From the IMG/VR virus record IMGVR_UViG_3300033404_000002, positions 1-59,688 of that record: DNA of 59,688 nt; one strand, written 5' to 3'. The first letter of the stretch is position 1; every line of letters begins with the position of its first letter. The notes below the pieces were generated by a model. The model had not been told where the DNA came from and did not search any database. It worked only from the letters and a program-made list of their open reading frames with translations. Below, one piece after another: positions 46,295-56,741 of this stretch. Source of the DNA: a virus (Duplodnaviria; Caudoviricetes). A program made the position numbers and the translations under genes.

Positions 46295-46565
46295 TGCCCG
46301 CTCCCTCGAATTTGAATAGCTCCGCCTGCTTGCTCGCGGGCTCGGCCGTGAACGCCTCGAGCACCCGATCGAGCTCGGCGAGCATCGCAGCCCGGATCTG
46401 CGCCGCCTCGCTCTCGGTGTACTCGTAGAGCGCGGGATTCGCGCAGCGCGCGAGCGCCCGCAGGTGTTTCACCGCGAGCTGCGCACGCCGCTCGGCGACC
46501 TCGAGGAAGCGCGCCCGGCGATCCTTGCGGGCCACGGGAGCCGCCGGGCTAGCGCGCTTGCGCAT
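46272..46565 (-). CDS. Conserved small helical protein
   Basis: RRARFLEVAERRAQ...ANPALYEYTESEAAQI pattern. Confidence 0.65.
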   Translation of the reverse strand: MRKRASPAAPVARKDRRARFLEVAERRAQLAVKHLRALARCANPALYEYTESEAAQIRAAMLAELDRVLEAFTAEPASKQAELFKFEGAGNGSIDDQ

Positions 46566-46884
46566 GCTGCGCTTCCCGCCACCGTGCAGCCCTACGGCCG
46601 CTCGCCAGCCGCTCGAGCGCCGACTCGTATCGCTTGGCCACATCCGGCTGCGATGCCCGCAGGGCAATCGCAGCACGCACAGCCGTCTCGACGATTTCGC
46701 TCTGCGTCGTATCGAGCGCGAGCGCCAGAGCCCGCAAGCTGCGATGCGTGTCTCGGTCCAGGCAGACCCCGATTTTGACTTTCGTGCCCCCCGGCGAGCG
46801 TGCCCCAGCACCACGGACGCGCTTGCGCGCCGCGTGCTGGTCCCACTCCGCGTTGTGTGGCGCATTCCCTATGCTCCCGATCAT
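46549..46884 (-). CDS. Ribbon-helix-helix (CopG-like) regulator
   Basis: KIGVCLDRDTHRSLRALALALDTTQSEIVETAV. Confidence 0.65.
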   Translation of the reverse strand: MIGSIGNAPHNAEWDQHAARKRVRGAGARSPGGTKVKIGVCLDRDTHRSLRALALALDTTQSEIVETAVRAAIALRASQPDVAKRYESALERLASGRRAARWREAQHAQAR

Positions 46885-46984
46885 GCGCCGACCTTAGCAG
46901 ACCTGAGTCATTGCATGCTCGCGCACGGCCGCTGCGCTCTTCGTTCGTCACCCGAACGGGTGATCCCCCCGTCCCGCAGACGCG

Positions 46985-47018
46985 AAAATGGGGCCCCAGC
47001 CGAAGCCAGAGCCCCATT
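46985..47018 (-). terminator. Rho-independent terminator after the tail operon
   Basis: ATGGGGCTCTGGC-TTCG-GCTGGGGCCCCAT-TTT. Confidence 0.6.
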
Positions 47019-47105
47019 CGCTCATGTCCCAGGGCTTCGCAGCCGTAGGCCGATCCCGCGGCTACGAATGCTCGCCACAAGCGGCCCTGTTCCGCGCGCG
47101 CGAGT

Positions 47106-47384
47106 CTACTCGATCGGCCGGCCGGCGAGTTCTTGCGCCAGCCGTGCGCGGTCCGCCGACAGCCGCCGGAACTCCGCTGCAGCGTTCTCCGCCCGCAGCC
47201 GCAGCTCTTTCACCTCGGCGTCGAGCTTCTCGCAGCGCTCGGCCAGCATCCCCGCGTGCTCGAGCTGCGCCAGCGCGTGCGCCTCAGCGCGCCGCGCACG
47301 CTGCTCCAGGCGCCACAGCTCCGCCACGTCCCACGCGCGCATCAGCTCCGCCACATCCCACCCGCGCAACAGCCATCTCAGCAT
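47106..47384 (-). CDS. Hypothetical coiled-coil protein
   Basis: Follows the tail fibre gene; internal WDVAEL duplication. Confidence 0.45.
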   Translation of the reverse strand: MLRWLLRGWDVAELMRAWDVAELWRLEQRARRAEAHALAQLEHAGMLAERCEKLDAEVKELRLRAENAAAEFRRLSADRARLAQELAGRPIE

Positions 47385-47394
47385 GGGCGCATTC

Positions 47395-48960
47395 TCACAC
47401 GATCCGCTGAAGATTGAGTTCGGCTCTCACATTCAGCGCCCCGCTCGTGTCCGTGTGCGCCGTCTGCAGCCGCACCACTTGCCCCGCCGTGACGCTGATC
47501 GAGTCGATCGAGAGCGCCACGATGGTAACGCCGGCGCTCGCGGGCGAGAGCCGCTGCTGCCGCACCGCCGCGCCGTTCACCTCGATCGCTACGTGCCGGA
47601 TGCCGTCCAGGTTGCCCGCCGGGAATTCGACCTCGCCCGAGATCGCAAAGCGCCCGCCGTGCCCGGTCGGGACAGTGAAGTCCGCCGAACTCGCAGTGAA
47701 GTAGCCGCCCACGTCCGCAACCTCGGTGTCGAAGACGGTATTCGCGAGCGTGCCGCTGTTGCCGACCGAGACAGAGGCCACCGACGCCGAAACGCGTCCC
47801 TGCGTGGCGCTATTGATCTGCCCCTGCGGGTTGCCCTCGAGCTCGTCTGCACCGGCGCCTACGAGCGCCCAGTGGTCCTCCGCCACCCGCCGCAGCCCTG
47901 TGTTCGGGTCGCTCTGGAACGAGAGCGCGGGCAGCGCGGCCGTGCCGTTCTGGATCTGCACCCGCGCCGCGCCCGCCGACTCGATCACCCGCAGCGCCTC
48001 GATCCCGCCCGCGATCAGCCGCCACTCATCGGTAGCGACGTACCCGAGCCCGTTGTCGGAGTCGATGAATGCGAGCGGAGGGGTCGCCAGCGCGGTGCCG
48101 TTGCGCAGCAGCGCCTGCGGCTGGTTCGCCACCGACTCCGCGAAGCGCATCACCTCGGTCGCCAGCACCGTCACGCCGAGCACGCTAGAGCCGGGCGTGC
48201 CGAACAGCCCAGTAGTGCGGTCGTACGTCGCGCCATCGCCCAGCGTGAGCCCGGGCAGCGCCAGCGTGCCACCGATCGCAATCGGCAGCAGCGCCGCCTG
48301 ATCCGCATCGGCCGAGACGAGCTCGCCGCCCATGATCCGCACGATGTCCGCAATGCGGTCCGCGATCCGGTCGTAGGTGAACGGCGGGATCGCCGCGTCC
48401 GAGCCCTGACCGTAGTTCTCCTGGATCCGCAGATTCTGGAAGTCGTGGCCCGCCGGCAGCACCGTCTCAAGCCGCAGCAGCGTCGCCGTCGTGAACTGCG
48501 CACCGTCCCACGTCACAGAGTAGAGATCCATCACGCCCTGCGAGCTCAGCGTCTCAAGCGTCACTGTGCCGTTCTGCCTCAGTGCCACGAAGCGCGCACC
48601 GCTCACACCCGAGCCCGTGAGCGTCGACGTGGTCAGCAGCTCGACCTTGCCCACGCCCGTGAGCGCCACGCCCGGCGGGATCTGAATCTGCGTGTCACCG
48701 CTCAGGAACGCGACCGGCGCGAAGCTCGTCGCATCGACGAAGCCAGAGACGACCAGTGGGGCGCTCGGCGAGGTGAGCAGATCGCTCACCAGCGTCGCGG
48801 ACTGACCCGAGAACGCTGCAATCTCCGCGTTGATCTGATTGATCGCCGTCTGAATCGCGGTGTAGTTCGCATCGTGGTCGCCCGGATAGTTCGCGTAGGT
48901 CGCGGCGCCCGCTCCCTGCCCGTCGACAAAGCTCTTCAGCAGGTTCACGTCTGCAGCCAT
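47395..48960 (-). CDS. Tail fibre / receptor-binding protein with C1q/TNF-like C-terminal head
   Basis: Repeats GTLALPGLT, GTALATPPLAF, GTAALPALSF; VFDTEVADVGGYF...FTVPTGHGGRFAISGEV. Confidence 0.75.
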   Translation of the reverse strand: MAADVNLLKSFVDGQGAGAATYANYPGDHDANYTAIQTAINQINAEIAAFSGQSATLVSDLLTSPSAPLVVSGFVDATSFAPVAFLSGDTQIQIPPGVALTGVGKVELLTTSTLTGSGVSGARFVALRQNGTVTLETLSSQGVMDLYSVTWDGAQFTTATLLRLETVLPAGHDFQNLRIQENYGQGSDAAIPPFTYDRIADRIADIVRIMGGELVSADADQAALLPIAIGGTLALPGLTLGDGATYDRTTGLFGTPGSSVLGVTVLATEVMRFAESVANQPQALLRNGTALATPPLAFIDSDNGLGYVATDEWRLIAGGIEALRVIESAGAARVQIQNGTAALPALSFQSDPNTGLRRVAEDHWALVGAGADELEGNPQGQINSATQGRVSASVASVSVGNSGTLANTVFDTEVADVGGYFTASSADFTVPTGHGGRFAISGEVEFPAGNLDGIRHVAIEVNGAAVRQQRLSPASAGVTIVALSIDSISVTAGQVVRLQTAHTDTSGALNVRAELNLQRIV

Positions 48961-48961
48961 G

Positions 48962-50152
48962 TCAGATCTCCATTCCGTTCGCGTTCAGAACGGTGATTTT
49001 GGGATAGCCTGCCGTGCCCCAGCGCGAGAACGCCTGGAACGCGGTGCGCGCAAAGTACGCCTCAATCGCCAGCCGCTCCGCACCGCTCACAGTGCGGTCG
49101 AGCACCAGCACCTCCGCAATCCGGCCGTTATGCGTGCCCGCCGCCGCCGCGGCGCTGTAGCCGAGCGACGAGGCGCCCAGACCCAGACCCGCCGCTGCCG
49201 TCGTGATCGTCGTCAGCAGCGTCCCGTCCTGATACAGCGCCACGCTGTTGTAGTCCGCCGCGACCATCTCGATCAGCGTCGGCGACGTGCCGATCGTCGC
49301 GCCCGAGTCCTCGACCCCCGCGCCCACGTCGATCGCCCAGCGGTCCGCCGCGGCCTGCCGTGAGAGCAGGCGGAAATTCGACAGCTCGAGCACCGCATCC
49401 GCACCCGCGCCCGCCGCATCCTTGTTGAGCAGCACGAACACGGACAGCTCGCCCGGCGAGCCCTCGACTACGTTCGCGCTGGCGTCCATGCGGTCGGTCA
49501 CACCGTCGAAATCGACCGAGCTGCGCGCCGTCACGAGGTAGAGCGGATCAAAGCGCCGGTAAACCGGAGGGTTTACTGCCGCCACGAACGAGACCGTAGT
49601 CGGCGCCTTCGCGGTGAGCTGCAGCACGTCCGCGCCGTCCGCATCGCTCGCGACGAGAATGCCGGCGGGCAGCCCCAGCGCCCGGTCGTACGCGCGTACC
49701 CAGACCAGCACGTCCGGGTCGGCCGCAGGGTCGAACAGCTCCTCGGGCCCCTCGCCCCGGTAGTAGACGTAGGGCTCGCGCACGATCGTGTTGCCGACGT
49801 TGCCGCCGGGCTCGCTCAGATTCGTCGCCTCGTCTACGTCGGTAATGTTGCCTTGCTGCGTCACGCGGTCCGCAGGCGCCACAATCTGATAGCGCCCCTG
49901 CGCGTTGCGATCGAGGTACACCGACGAGCCCGCCTGCGCGTAGAAGCGCGCCTTGGGTCCGTTGATCTTTACCGGCACATCGCGCAGCACCTGCGCGGCG
50001 CCGATGTCGACGTCCGATACGAACGTGGGCGCGGTGCTCCCGGTCGCGTCGAACGTTTTCAGCTGCGGCGCGGTAATCACCGTGCCGCGGATGCGCCCTT
50101 GCGTTGCCGACGCACGGATCTCTCGCTGTATCAGGCGCTTGAGGTCGCTCAC
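48962..50152 (-). CDS. Tail protein with LamG/ConA-like domain
   Basis: VDFDGVTDRM...HNGRIAEVLVLDRTVSGAERLAIEAYF. Confidence 0.7.
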   Translation of the reverse strand: MSDLKRLIQREIRASATQGRIRGTVITAPQLKTFDATGSTAPTFVSDVDIGAAQVLRDVPVKINGPKARFYAQAGSSVYLDRNAQGRYQIVAPADRVTQQGNITDVDEATNLSEPGGNVGNTIVREPYVYYRGEGPEELFDPAADPDVLVWVRAYDRALGLPAGILVASDADGADVLQLTAKAPTTVSFVAAVNPPVYRRFDPLYLVTARSSVDFDGVTDRMDASANVVEGSPGELSVFVLLNKDAAGAGADAVLELSNFRLLSRQAAADRWAIDVGAGVEDSGATIGTSPTLIEMVAADYNSVALYQDGTLLTTITTAAAGLGLGASSLGYSAAAAAGTHNGRIAEVLVLDRTVSGAERLAIEAYFARTAFQAFSRWGTAGYPKITVLNANGMEI

Positions 50153-51831
50153 GGCAGCACCCCGGGCGTCACTTCGAACGCATTGATCTGCGCGAGCGTC
50201 GTCTCGCCGCGCCGCAGCGTGCGGCTGATCGACTGAATCATGTAGCGCCGCGCGGCCAGCCCCGTGCCGATCGTGAAAATGTCGTCCGGCTCGAGCAGCA
50301 GGTCATGCACCGACGAGACGCTGCGCAGATTTTGCTTCGCGCGCTCCCTCCGGTACACGCGTACCGCAGCCGCATCTACGGCAGCCTGGCTGTTGAGCAG
50401 GTGATTTTCTATCTCGACTTCCTGCTGGTCGGCGCTGAGCACGCCTTTCTTGCGCGCCACGCCGACGAGCTCGCGAAATATGTACTCATAGGGCTGGCCG
50501 ACGATCTGATACTGACCGCGACCCTGCTGCCCCAGTATCGCGCAGATCGCCTCGACGATCGCGAGTGAGACAAAGTCGCCCACGCGGAACACCGTCACGC
50601 TGCCGATGCCTACGCCCTGATTCGGGATGTTCGCCGAGATCACCAGCGCCACCAGAATCAGGCCGACCAGCGCCGGGTGAAATCCGCCGTCTACCTCAAT
50701 CTCGCCCTCGACGCTGCCGCCGTCCGACTGCGGGAAATTCGTGAAATCCTCGGAGCCGAACGAGAACAGCGAATCGCCGACAGACGCGAGCACGTTCATG
50801 CGCACGCCGACCGCCTGCTGCGTCTTATCCTCGCTCCAGCGGACGGGGATCTCGCTGTCGGTGCTGAAAAATCCAGTCGTGATCGAGGCGCGCGCGATCT
50901 CCTGCACGCCCTGCACGATGCGGCTCAGATCCGGGTCCAGTCCCTTCACCGTGACGTGATTCGTGCCGTTGAACTCGAGCATGGGCCGCGTCAGCTCGCG
51001 GATGATCGTCGGCGAGGTGTACGTCCGCACCGGGCCTTTCGTGATGATCCCGTTCGACGTTCCGAGCTGTCCGTTGCCGAGAAATCGTGGCATGAAGCCC
51101 TCGGCGAACATGATCTTCGCGATCGAGACCAGCGGCGACTCGAGCACGAACTGCGTCGATCGAAACTGCGTCACCGACACACCGAGCCCGCTCACCGCAA
51201 TCTCGCTGCTATCGAGCCCCATCGACACCGTTGCGAGCGATAGGATCATGTCCAGGAAGCTGGTGCCCTGCGGAAAATTCACACTCGTGTTCGCATAGCG
51301 CAGGTAATCCACTTCGCGCGATGCGCACTTGAGTACGAGCTCGGAACGCCCGGTCGTGCGGTTGCGGTCCTGCGAGGGCTGCCCCTGAATCTTGCCTGTG
51401 AACGTGATCGGCCAGCTGCTCTCGTCCTCGGTCGCATCGCCCTCGCGGATCACCACGACATTGCGCTGCCGCAGCCAGCGCCCATCCGCATCCGGATCGC
51501 CCGCGGACGGCGCGTTGCTCACCGGGTCCAGGGTGCCGCGCGGGTCCATCACGCGCACGCTGACCGTCGTCGCCGCAACGCCCTGATCGATGTAGTCGCC
51601 GGCGACCTCGGTCACATCGACCGTCAGCACGTCCGCGGTGAAATTGCGCGGCCCCACGATCGCGGGGAACACCACGGACTCGCCGACGTTGCTGCGCACC
51701 ACGTCGTTGATGCGATATTCGCTCGCCTCGCCCTCGGTCGAGCGCAGGTCGTAGATATCCACGCGAAAGCGTGGGCTGCGCCGCTCCGCCGTCATGGCAG
51801 CATCGAGCACGATCGAGAGCGGCCGTGGCAC
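50149..51831 (-). CDS. Tail tip hub/baseplate protein
   Basis: Size and position after Dit-like gene; FTGKI...IENHLL...LEPDDIFTI. Confidence 0.65.
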   Translation of the reverse strand: MPRPLSIVLDAAMTAERRSPRFRVDIYDLRSTEGEASEYRINDVVRSNVGESVVFPAIVGPRNFTADVLTVDVTEVAGDYIDQGVAATTVSVRVMDPRGTLDPVSNAPSAGDPDADGRWLRQRNVVVIREGDATEDESSWPITFTGKIQGQPSQDRNRTTGRSELVLKCASREVDYLRYANTSVNFPQGTSFLDMILSLATVSMGLDSSEIAVSGLGVSVTQFRSTQFVLESPLVSIAKIMFAEGFMPRFLGNGQLGTSNGIITKGPVRTYTSPTIIRELTRPMLEFNGTNHVTVKGLDPDLSRIVQGVQEIARASITTGFFSTDSEIPVRWSEDKTQQAVGVRMNVLASVGDSLFSFGSEDFTNFPQSDGGSVEGEIEVDGGFHPALVGLILVALVISANIPNQGVGIGSVTVFRVGDFVSLAIVEAICAILGQQGRGQYQIVGQPYEYIFRELVGVARKKGVLSADQQEVEIENHLLNSQAAVDAAAVRVYRRERAKQNLRSVSSVHDLLLEPDDIFTIGTGLAARRYMIQSISRTLRRGETTLAQINAFEVTPGVLP

Positions 51832-51833
51832 GG

Positions 51834-52478
51834 CTACACTTTCCCGACGATCCGGAAGCGGAGCTCCATCTCCCGGTCGATGTATCCGGTCGGCAGCACG
51901 TTCGCGCCGTCGAGCGCGTTCTCGATCGTGCCGCCTGCGGACAGCCCGCCCACGTCGCGAAAATCCTGCACATCAAAACGCCGCTCGCCTTGCCCGCCGC
52001 CGACGGTCAGCGAGAGCAGCTCAATCTGATAGGTGAACGCGTTTCGGTCGCGCGGCTCCCACGTGATGAACTCGTCCGATGCGAGAATCGACGAGTTGAT
52101 CAGGTAGTCGTAGAACTGCCGGAACAGCGCCGTCACGGCACTCGCCTTGCGGTCGGAGCCCGTCCACACTTCGACCACGATCTGGTCGCTCAGCTCCGTC
52201 TCGAAGCGCACCACGCGCGTTCCGCCGAGCGTGAGCACCGCATCGGTGATCGGGTGAGAGAGCACGTCGTTATCGAGATTGAATGTGCGGTCGGGATTCG
52301 AGCAGAGCCCGAACGTCGAATAGACCAGGTCGGGCAGCAGCGCCGAGGCGGAGTCCGGAAAGGTCATGCGCCTGCACGCATCGCGATCGCCGGCCGAGCC
52401 GATGCCCAAAAACGTCACTTCGGATTCGACGACGACCGGGTCGCCCTGCTGAATCGTAATCAGCGACTCGCCCGCCAT
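51834..52478 (-). CDS. Distal-tail-like protein
   Basis: Position and size. Confidence 0.5.
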   Translation of the reverse strand: MAGESLITIQQGDPVVVESEVTFLGIGSAGDRDACRRMTFPDSASALLPDLVYSTFGLCSNPDRTFNLDNDVLSHPITDAVLTLGGTRVVRFETELSDQIVVEVWTGSDRKASAVTALFRQFYDYLINSSILASDEFITWEPRDRNAFTYQIELLSLTVGGGQGERRFDVQDFRDVGGLSAGGTIENALDGANVLPTGYIDREMELRFRIVGKV

Positions 52479-52479
52479 A

Positions 52480-52887
52480 TCAGCTCGTCCCCATGACCTG
52501 CAGATTGTCGATGTTGATCACAACCGGGTCGCCGTCCGCAACCGCCTTCGCGGTCTGAACCGTGCGGAAGTAAAGCAGGTTTCCTCCGCTGGGCGCGTCG
52601 AACAGGCCGACCGACGAGACCAGGCCCCACGGGCCGCCCGCCGCTGCGCCGAAATCGATTTTTGGGACGTTGCGCGCCGTCCACGGCGGACCATTCACGC
52701 CCCACAGCGCACCGCTGGCGGTCAGCCCCACCCGCGCATAGCCGGAGCCGGATACCTCAGTGCCGCCGCCCGCCTTGCCAGGCGAGGACGTGAACAGGGC
52801 CACGTAGACAACCGGGATCGCGGGCAGCGAGCCGCCGTTGAACACAGCCTTCAGGATGAGCTCGTCCAGGTAATCGCTCTGTGGCAT
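52480..52887 (-). CDS. Phage tail-fibre-type structural protein
   Basis: SDYLDELIL...YVALFTSSP...TEVSGSGYARV...GLFDAPSGGNLL. Confidence 0.75.
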   Translation of the reverse strand: MPQSDYLDELILKAVFNGGSLPAIPVVYVALFTSSPGKAGGGTEVSGSGYARVGLTASGALWGVNGPPWTARNVPKIDFGAAAGGPWGLVSSVGLFDAPSGGNLLYFRTVQTAKAVADGDPVVINIDNLQVMGTS

Positions 52888-53729
52888 CAGGCCACGTCCC
52901 GAATTTGCGCGATGAACTGCGGCAAGGACTCGTCGACGCACGTGATCGACAGCCACGCATCATCGCCCGCCACGTAGCCAGAGCCCAGGCTCTCTGTGCC
53001 TGCCGGTAGTCCGATCGTCGTCGTACCGTCCCCGCCCGTGATCCGCACCAGCAGCGTGCGGCCGAGTACCAGACTCGTCGCAGTGAAGTTATTCGCACCC
53101 GCGCTCGCGGTGTAATCCAGGATCGTCGGGCCCTGGAAATCCAGCACCGTGCCCGCTGCAGCCGCGCGCGAAACCACTGCCGCATCGCCCGTCTGGGCGA
53201 AGCCGATCACGGTGAGCTCGCTACCCACCGCGAAGGGATCGGCCGCCTCGTTCATGAGCTCGAGCGAGGTCACCGCCACCGCGTCGTTGTGATAGCCGCC
53301 CGCCATGACTCTGCGGTATTCCGAGTCGGTGTTGCCGTCGTCGAAGACGAAAATGCCGGTCGCGTTCACCGCGTGCGGCTCGGCCTGCGCGTAGCGCATG
53401 ATCGATGCTTGGAACGTGGCAAACATGCCCGCGGTGCCTGCCTGATCCTCGTTGACGTGGCCCAGGATGAGCTCGGACGTGTTGAAGCCATCTCCGACGA
53501 TGGCCGAGGTCAGCCCGGCGGTCGTCGCGAAACTCGCGTTCGCGCGGTACACAGACGACGCATCGCCGTTGATGCGCAGGCCCACATACTGGTCATTGAC
53601 CGTGTTCGCGTCGAAGCGCACGCGCGCGAAGATGAGTAAGTCTTTTGCGCTCTGCGGAATGCTCGGCAGCGTGATCGACGCCGCAGGAGCCGCCAACGTC
53701 ACAGTCCTGGAGAAAATTATCGGTGCCAT
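52887..53729 (-). CDS. Tail structural protein
   Basis: ASITLPSIPQSAKDLLI...LRINGD...AVTSLEL...FAVGSELTVIG. Confidence 0.65.
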   Translation of the reverse strand: MAPIIFSRTVTLAAPAASITLPSIPQSAKDLLIFARVRFDANTVNDQYVGLRINGDASSVYRANASFATTAGLTSAIVGDGFNTSELILGHVNEDQAGTAGMFATFQASIMRYAQAEPHAVNATGIFVFDDGNTDSEYRRVMAGGYHNDAVAVTSLELMNEAADPFAVGSELTVIGFAQTGDAAVVSRAAAAGTVLDFQGPTILDYTASAGANNFTATSLVLGRTLLVRITGGDGTTTIGLPAGTESLGSGYVAGDDAWLSITCVDESLPQFIAQIRDVA

Positions 53730-53739
53730 GCACTCGCCC

Positions 53740-55023
53740 CTAGATGGTGTAGAGCCGCTCGGTAAACGGGTCGTCCAAGTATGTGCGCATCGTCTCGGTC
53801 GCGGTCTCGATCGCCGCGTTCACCTCAAAGCCCGCGGTGATGATGGCCGAGAACGTCACCCGCGGCTGCGGGTCGCCGACCTCGGTACCCGCTCCGATGA
53901 TCAGCTGCGGATGCGACGTCACGCCAGCGAAGAGCGGCGAATCGGGCGCGTCAAACGTGGCGAAGGCACGCCCCTGCGCGTCGGTCACGTCGAAGCCGGG
54001 CAGCGGGTCGTCGTCCGAGAAGATCAGCCCTGGGTCGCCCGCACGCACTGCGAAGCGCACCGCACGTAGGTTCGCGGGGACGCCGTCTACCGTGACGTCC
54101 GCCTGCAGCCGTGCCCCTCCGCCGACATGCACGAAGCGGTCAGCCGACAGCTCGCCCTCCGGATCGTCGCGGTCGATGTTCCAGCACAGGATGCCCGTTG
54201 CGCGCAGCGGGTCCGGATCGCTGCCTGCGACCGTGCTCTCGGCGATGATCTGGACCGCGACACTGCGCCGGCGCAGTGATCCGGGCGGGATCACCCGCCG
54301 CAGCCAGATGCCGATGTGCTGGTTATTGATCAGATTCGCGACCAGGGTGTCCGCGGTCGCGTAGCCGAAGGGATGGCGCCAGCCGCCCGTGCCACCCAGA
54401 AAACCGTCGCTGCCGCCACCGACCACGCGCGCACCGAGCGAGTTCAGGATGTCCGTCACACCGTCAGAGCGCTCGATGTAAAATCCGCTGCTCGCCTGAT
54501 GCATGCGGTCGACGCCCGCAGCGTCGAACGAGCCGAGCGGCACGAAGTAGATTTTGACCGCAGTCAGCGTTGCGCCGTGATTGTTCTCGAGCGTGATCGA
54601 CCGATACTCCGTAGTGCCCTGACTGGCCTGCTCCGACGTCACGTTCGCGAAGACGTTGCCCGGCAAATAGAGCCTGTAAAAGTCGCCGGACGTCGCCAGC
54701 CCGGGGCCGATTTCGCGGTCGAGCTTGAAGGATCCCGTGGCCGAGTCGAACGACATGATGCGCGCGGCCGCCATCGCAGCAGGACCCGTGAGCACCGCGA
54801 GCCATTTGAGTTCGTGCGCGTCGTCGCCGTCGCCGATCCTCGCCGAGTCGATCAGCTCGTTCCGGCGGTCCGCAGACTGCGTCGCGGTGATGGTGGACTG
54901 CTGATCGTGAATCAGCTGAGAGGCGCGCTGGCGCCCCAGCCAATTCGCCGGGTCCGGCTGGCTGCCGCCCTCCGAGCCGCCCGGCCCAGTAGATCCCGTG
55001 AAGCTGATTCCTTGTCCAGGCAT
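53740..55023 (-). CDS. Tail structural protein
   Basis: FANVTSEQASQGTTEYRSI...IWLRRVIP; TGATG coupling. Confidence 0.65.
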   Translation of the reverse strand: MPGQGISFTGSTGPGGSEGGSQPDPANWLGRQRASQLIHDQQSTITATQSADRRNELIDSARIGDGDDAHELKWLAVLTGPAAMAAARIMSFDSATGSFKLDREIGPGLATSGDFYRLYLPGNVFANVTSEQASQGTTEYRSITLENNHGATLTAVKIYFVPLGSFDAAGVDRMHQASSGFYIERSDGVTDILNSLGARVVGGGSDGFLGGTGGWRHPFGYATADTLVANLINNQHIGIWLRRVIPPGSLRRRSVAVQIIAESTVAGSDPDPLRATGILCWNIDRDDPEGELSADRFVHVGGGARLQADVTVDGVPANLRAVRFAVRAGDPGLIFSDDDPLPGFDVTDAQGRAFATFDAPDSPLFAGVTSHPQLIIGAGTEVGDPQPRVTFSAIITAGFEVNAAIETATETMRTYLDDPFTERLYTI

Positions 55024-56738
55024 CAGGCCAGATCGGACGTGATCAGGTCGAGCTTGCCTACCAGATCGTCGTCGTCGGGATAGAAGACCGACGTGCGCGC
55101 ACGCCCGTCGCCGTCGGTCGAAGACGACGAGCCGAGCAGCGTGCCGTGCGCAGGTAGCGCACCCGTGCCGCGGTGCTCGTAGGCCGCAGAGACCAGCGTC
55201 GCGCCCTGCTGGTCCGTGACCCACGTGATCACACCCGTCGAGAGCACGACGGTAAAATCGGTGCTCTCGGCGAGCTCGATCCCATCGGCGAAGATGCGCA
55301 GCGAGCCCGCGGCGCTGCTCGGCACCGAATCGTCGATCGGTCCGTTTGCGACCGTGCTCGTCGTGCCGATGCCGCCGCTGATCGTCAGCGACTCCGCTTC
55401 GGTCGAGCGCCGGTCCAGCGTCCAGACGACCTCGAGGCCGGGCGCAGGCTCCGCCAGATCGCCCGACACCACCGTCTGAAAATCCGTCGTGTCGTTCGTC
55501 CGCGGTACCTTGAGCGGGCTGGGCGGTGTCACGATTACCGGGTCGGGTGATCGGCTCCAGAAGCTCACGCCGTTCTGTAGCGGCGCCTCTGAAAAGAGCG
55601 TGTCATGCGTCGCGGCGATCGCCACGAAGCGCCGGCGCACGGGATCCCATAGCAAATTGGGATAGTCCGCCTGTGCGAGTCGCCACTCGCGCTCACCCGG
55701 AATGCCGAACATTGGATTCATATCGAGCCGCACGCGACTGGTGAACGTGATCCGCCCGTGTTGGCGCTGCGGAACACCTGCGGCACTCGGCAACGCGTAC
55801 GGGTTGAAGTCGATGAATCGCACGTATGAATGCATAAACGTGCCCGGCGCGGGCGTACCACTGACCAGCGGACTGAACTTCCCCATCAGCGCGAGCTCGC
55901 CCTTGGGGCGGTTGAACACGCAATCCGTGTCGATGACCATCGTGCATACGAGCCAGTCAAACTCGTCTGATGCGATCGACGCCTCGACCTGATCGGCCCC
56001 AGCCGCGGGCGTACTGTCCGCACGCGCCGGGAACAGCGTAGGCGTAGGCGTTCCGCCCAGCCGACCGACGAGCAGCCGGGTCGACAGATCGATCCAGCCC
56101 CAGCCGCTCGTGAACGAGTTACCGCCGATCTCTCCGCTGGTACAGAACGAGAGCAGCAGCCCCTCGGGATAGACGTTGGTGCCCGTCGCGACCGTCTCGC
56201 CCGGTATCCCGTCCGTGATGCCGTCGAAAATCCACTGACCGCCCAGCCCGACGGGGCCCGCGACCGCGGACCAGCTGCCCTCGCCGGGCACTGAGAAGCC
56301 CGAGGCGTCGAAATCACCGTTCGCTGTGGGATACGCCGGACCCGCCTGGACGGTGAGCGTATCGGAATTCATCTCGTGCAGTACCTGATTAGAGCCCGCT
56401 CCCTGATGCGCAAACAGGCGCTGCGCACCGCTCACCGCGTCAAACTGCGCAGGGATCAAATTCATTCCGGCAGTGATTCCGAGCGCGGGCGCGGTGAATG
56501 AATTCGGTGCGGTCGCGTTCAGAAACTCCGGATCGAGCACGATCGGGTGCACGTTGCCGGTCGTAGACAGATAGGCCGGCACGTAGTAGCGATCGCGAGA
56601 CTGCAGATACTTCAGCCCGCCCCTGACGGTGTTGTTTTGCGCTCCAGCCTGCGCCAGCCCGCCCGAAAAACCGCCGTTCGTGCGGATCGCGATCAGGAAG
56701 TCAGTCCAGTCAAACGCGTTGGTCTGCAGCAGCGACAT
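55023..56738 (-). CDS. Tail structural protein (Ig-like C-terminus)
   Basis: Beta-rich 571-aa protein in tail operon. Confidence 0.65.
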   Translation of the reverse strand: MSLLQTNAFDWTDFLIAIRTNGGFSGGLAQAGAQNNTVRGGLKYLQSRDRYYVPAYLSTTGNVHPIVLDPEFLNATAPNSFTAPALGITAGMNLIPAQFDAVSGAQRLFAHQGAGSNQVLHEMNSDTLTVQAGPAYPTANGDFDASGFSVPGEGSWSAVAGPVGLGGQWIFDGITDGIPGETVATGTNVYPEGLLLSFCTSGEIGGNSFTSGWGWIDLSTRLLVGRLGGTPTPTLFPARADSTPAAGADQVEASIASDEFDWLVCTMVIDTDCVFNRPKGELALMGKFSPLVSGTPAPGTFMHSYVRFIDFNPYALPSAAGVPQRQHGRITFTSRVRLDMNPMFGIPGEREWRLAQADYPNLLWDPVRRRFVAIAATHDTLFSEAPLQNGVSFWSRSPDPVIVTPPSPLKVPRTNDTTDFQTVVSGDLAEPAPGLEVVWTLDRRSTEAESLTISGGIGTTSTVANGPIDDSVPSSAAGSLRIFADGIELAESTDFTVVLSTGVITWVTDQQGATLVSAAYEHRGTGALPAHGTLLGSSSSTDGDGRARTSVFYPDDDDLVGKLDLITSDLA

Positions 56739-56741
56739 GCG

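Noticed and set aside
47395-48960. Diversity-generating retroelement targeting the tail fibre
   Set aside because: No reverse transcriptase ORF and no template/variable repeat pair seen
46525-48996. 823-aa plus-strand ORF
   Set aside because: Antisense to the tail fibre and RHH genes; Arg-rich with no motifs
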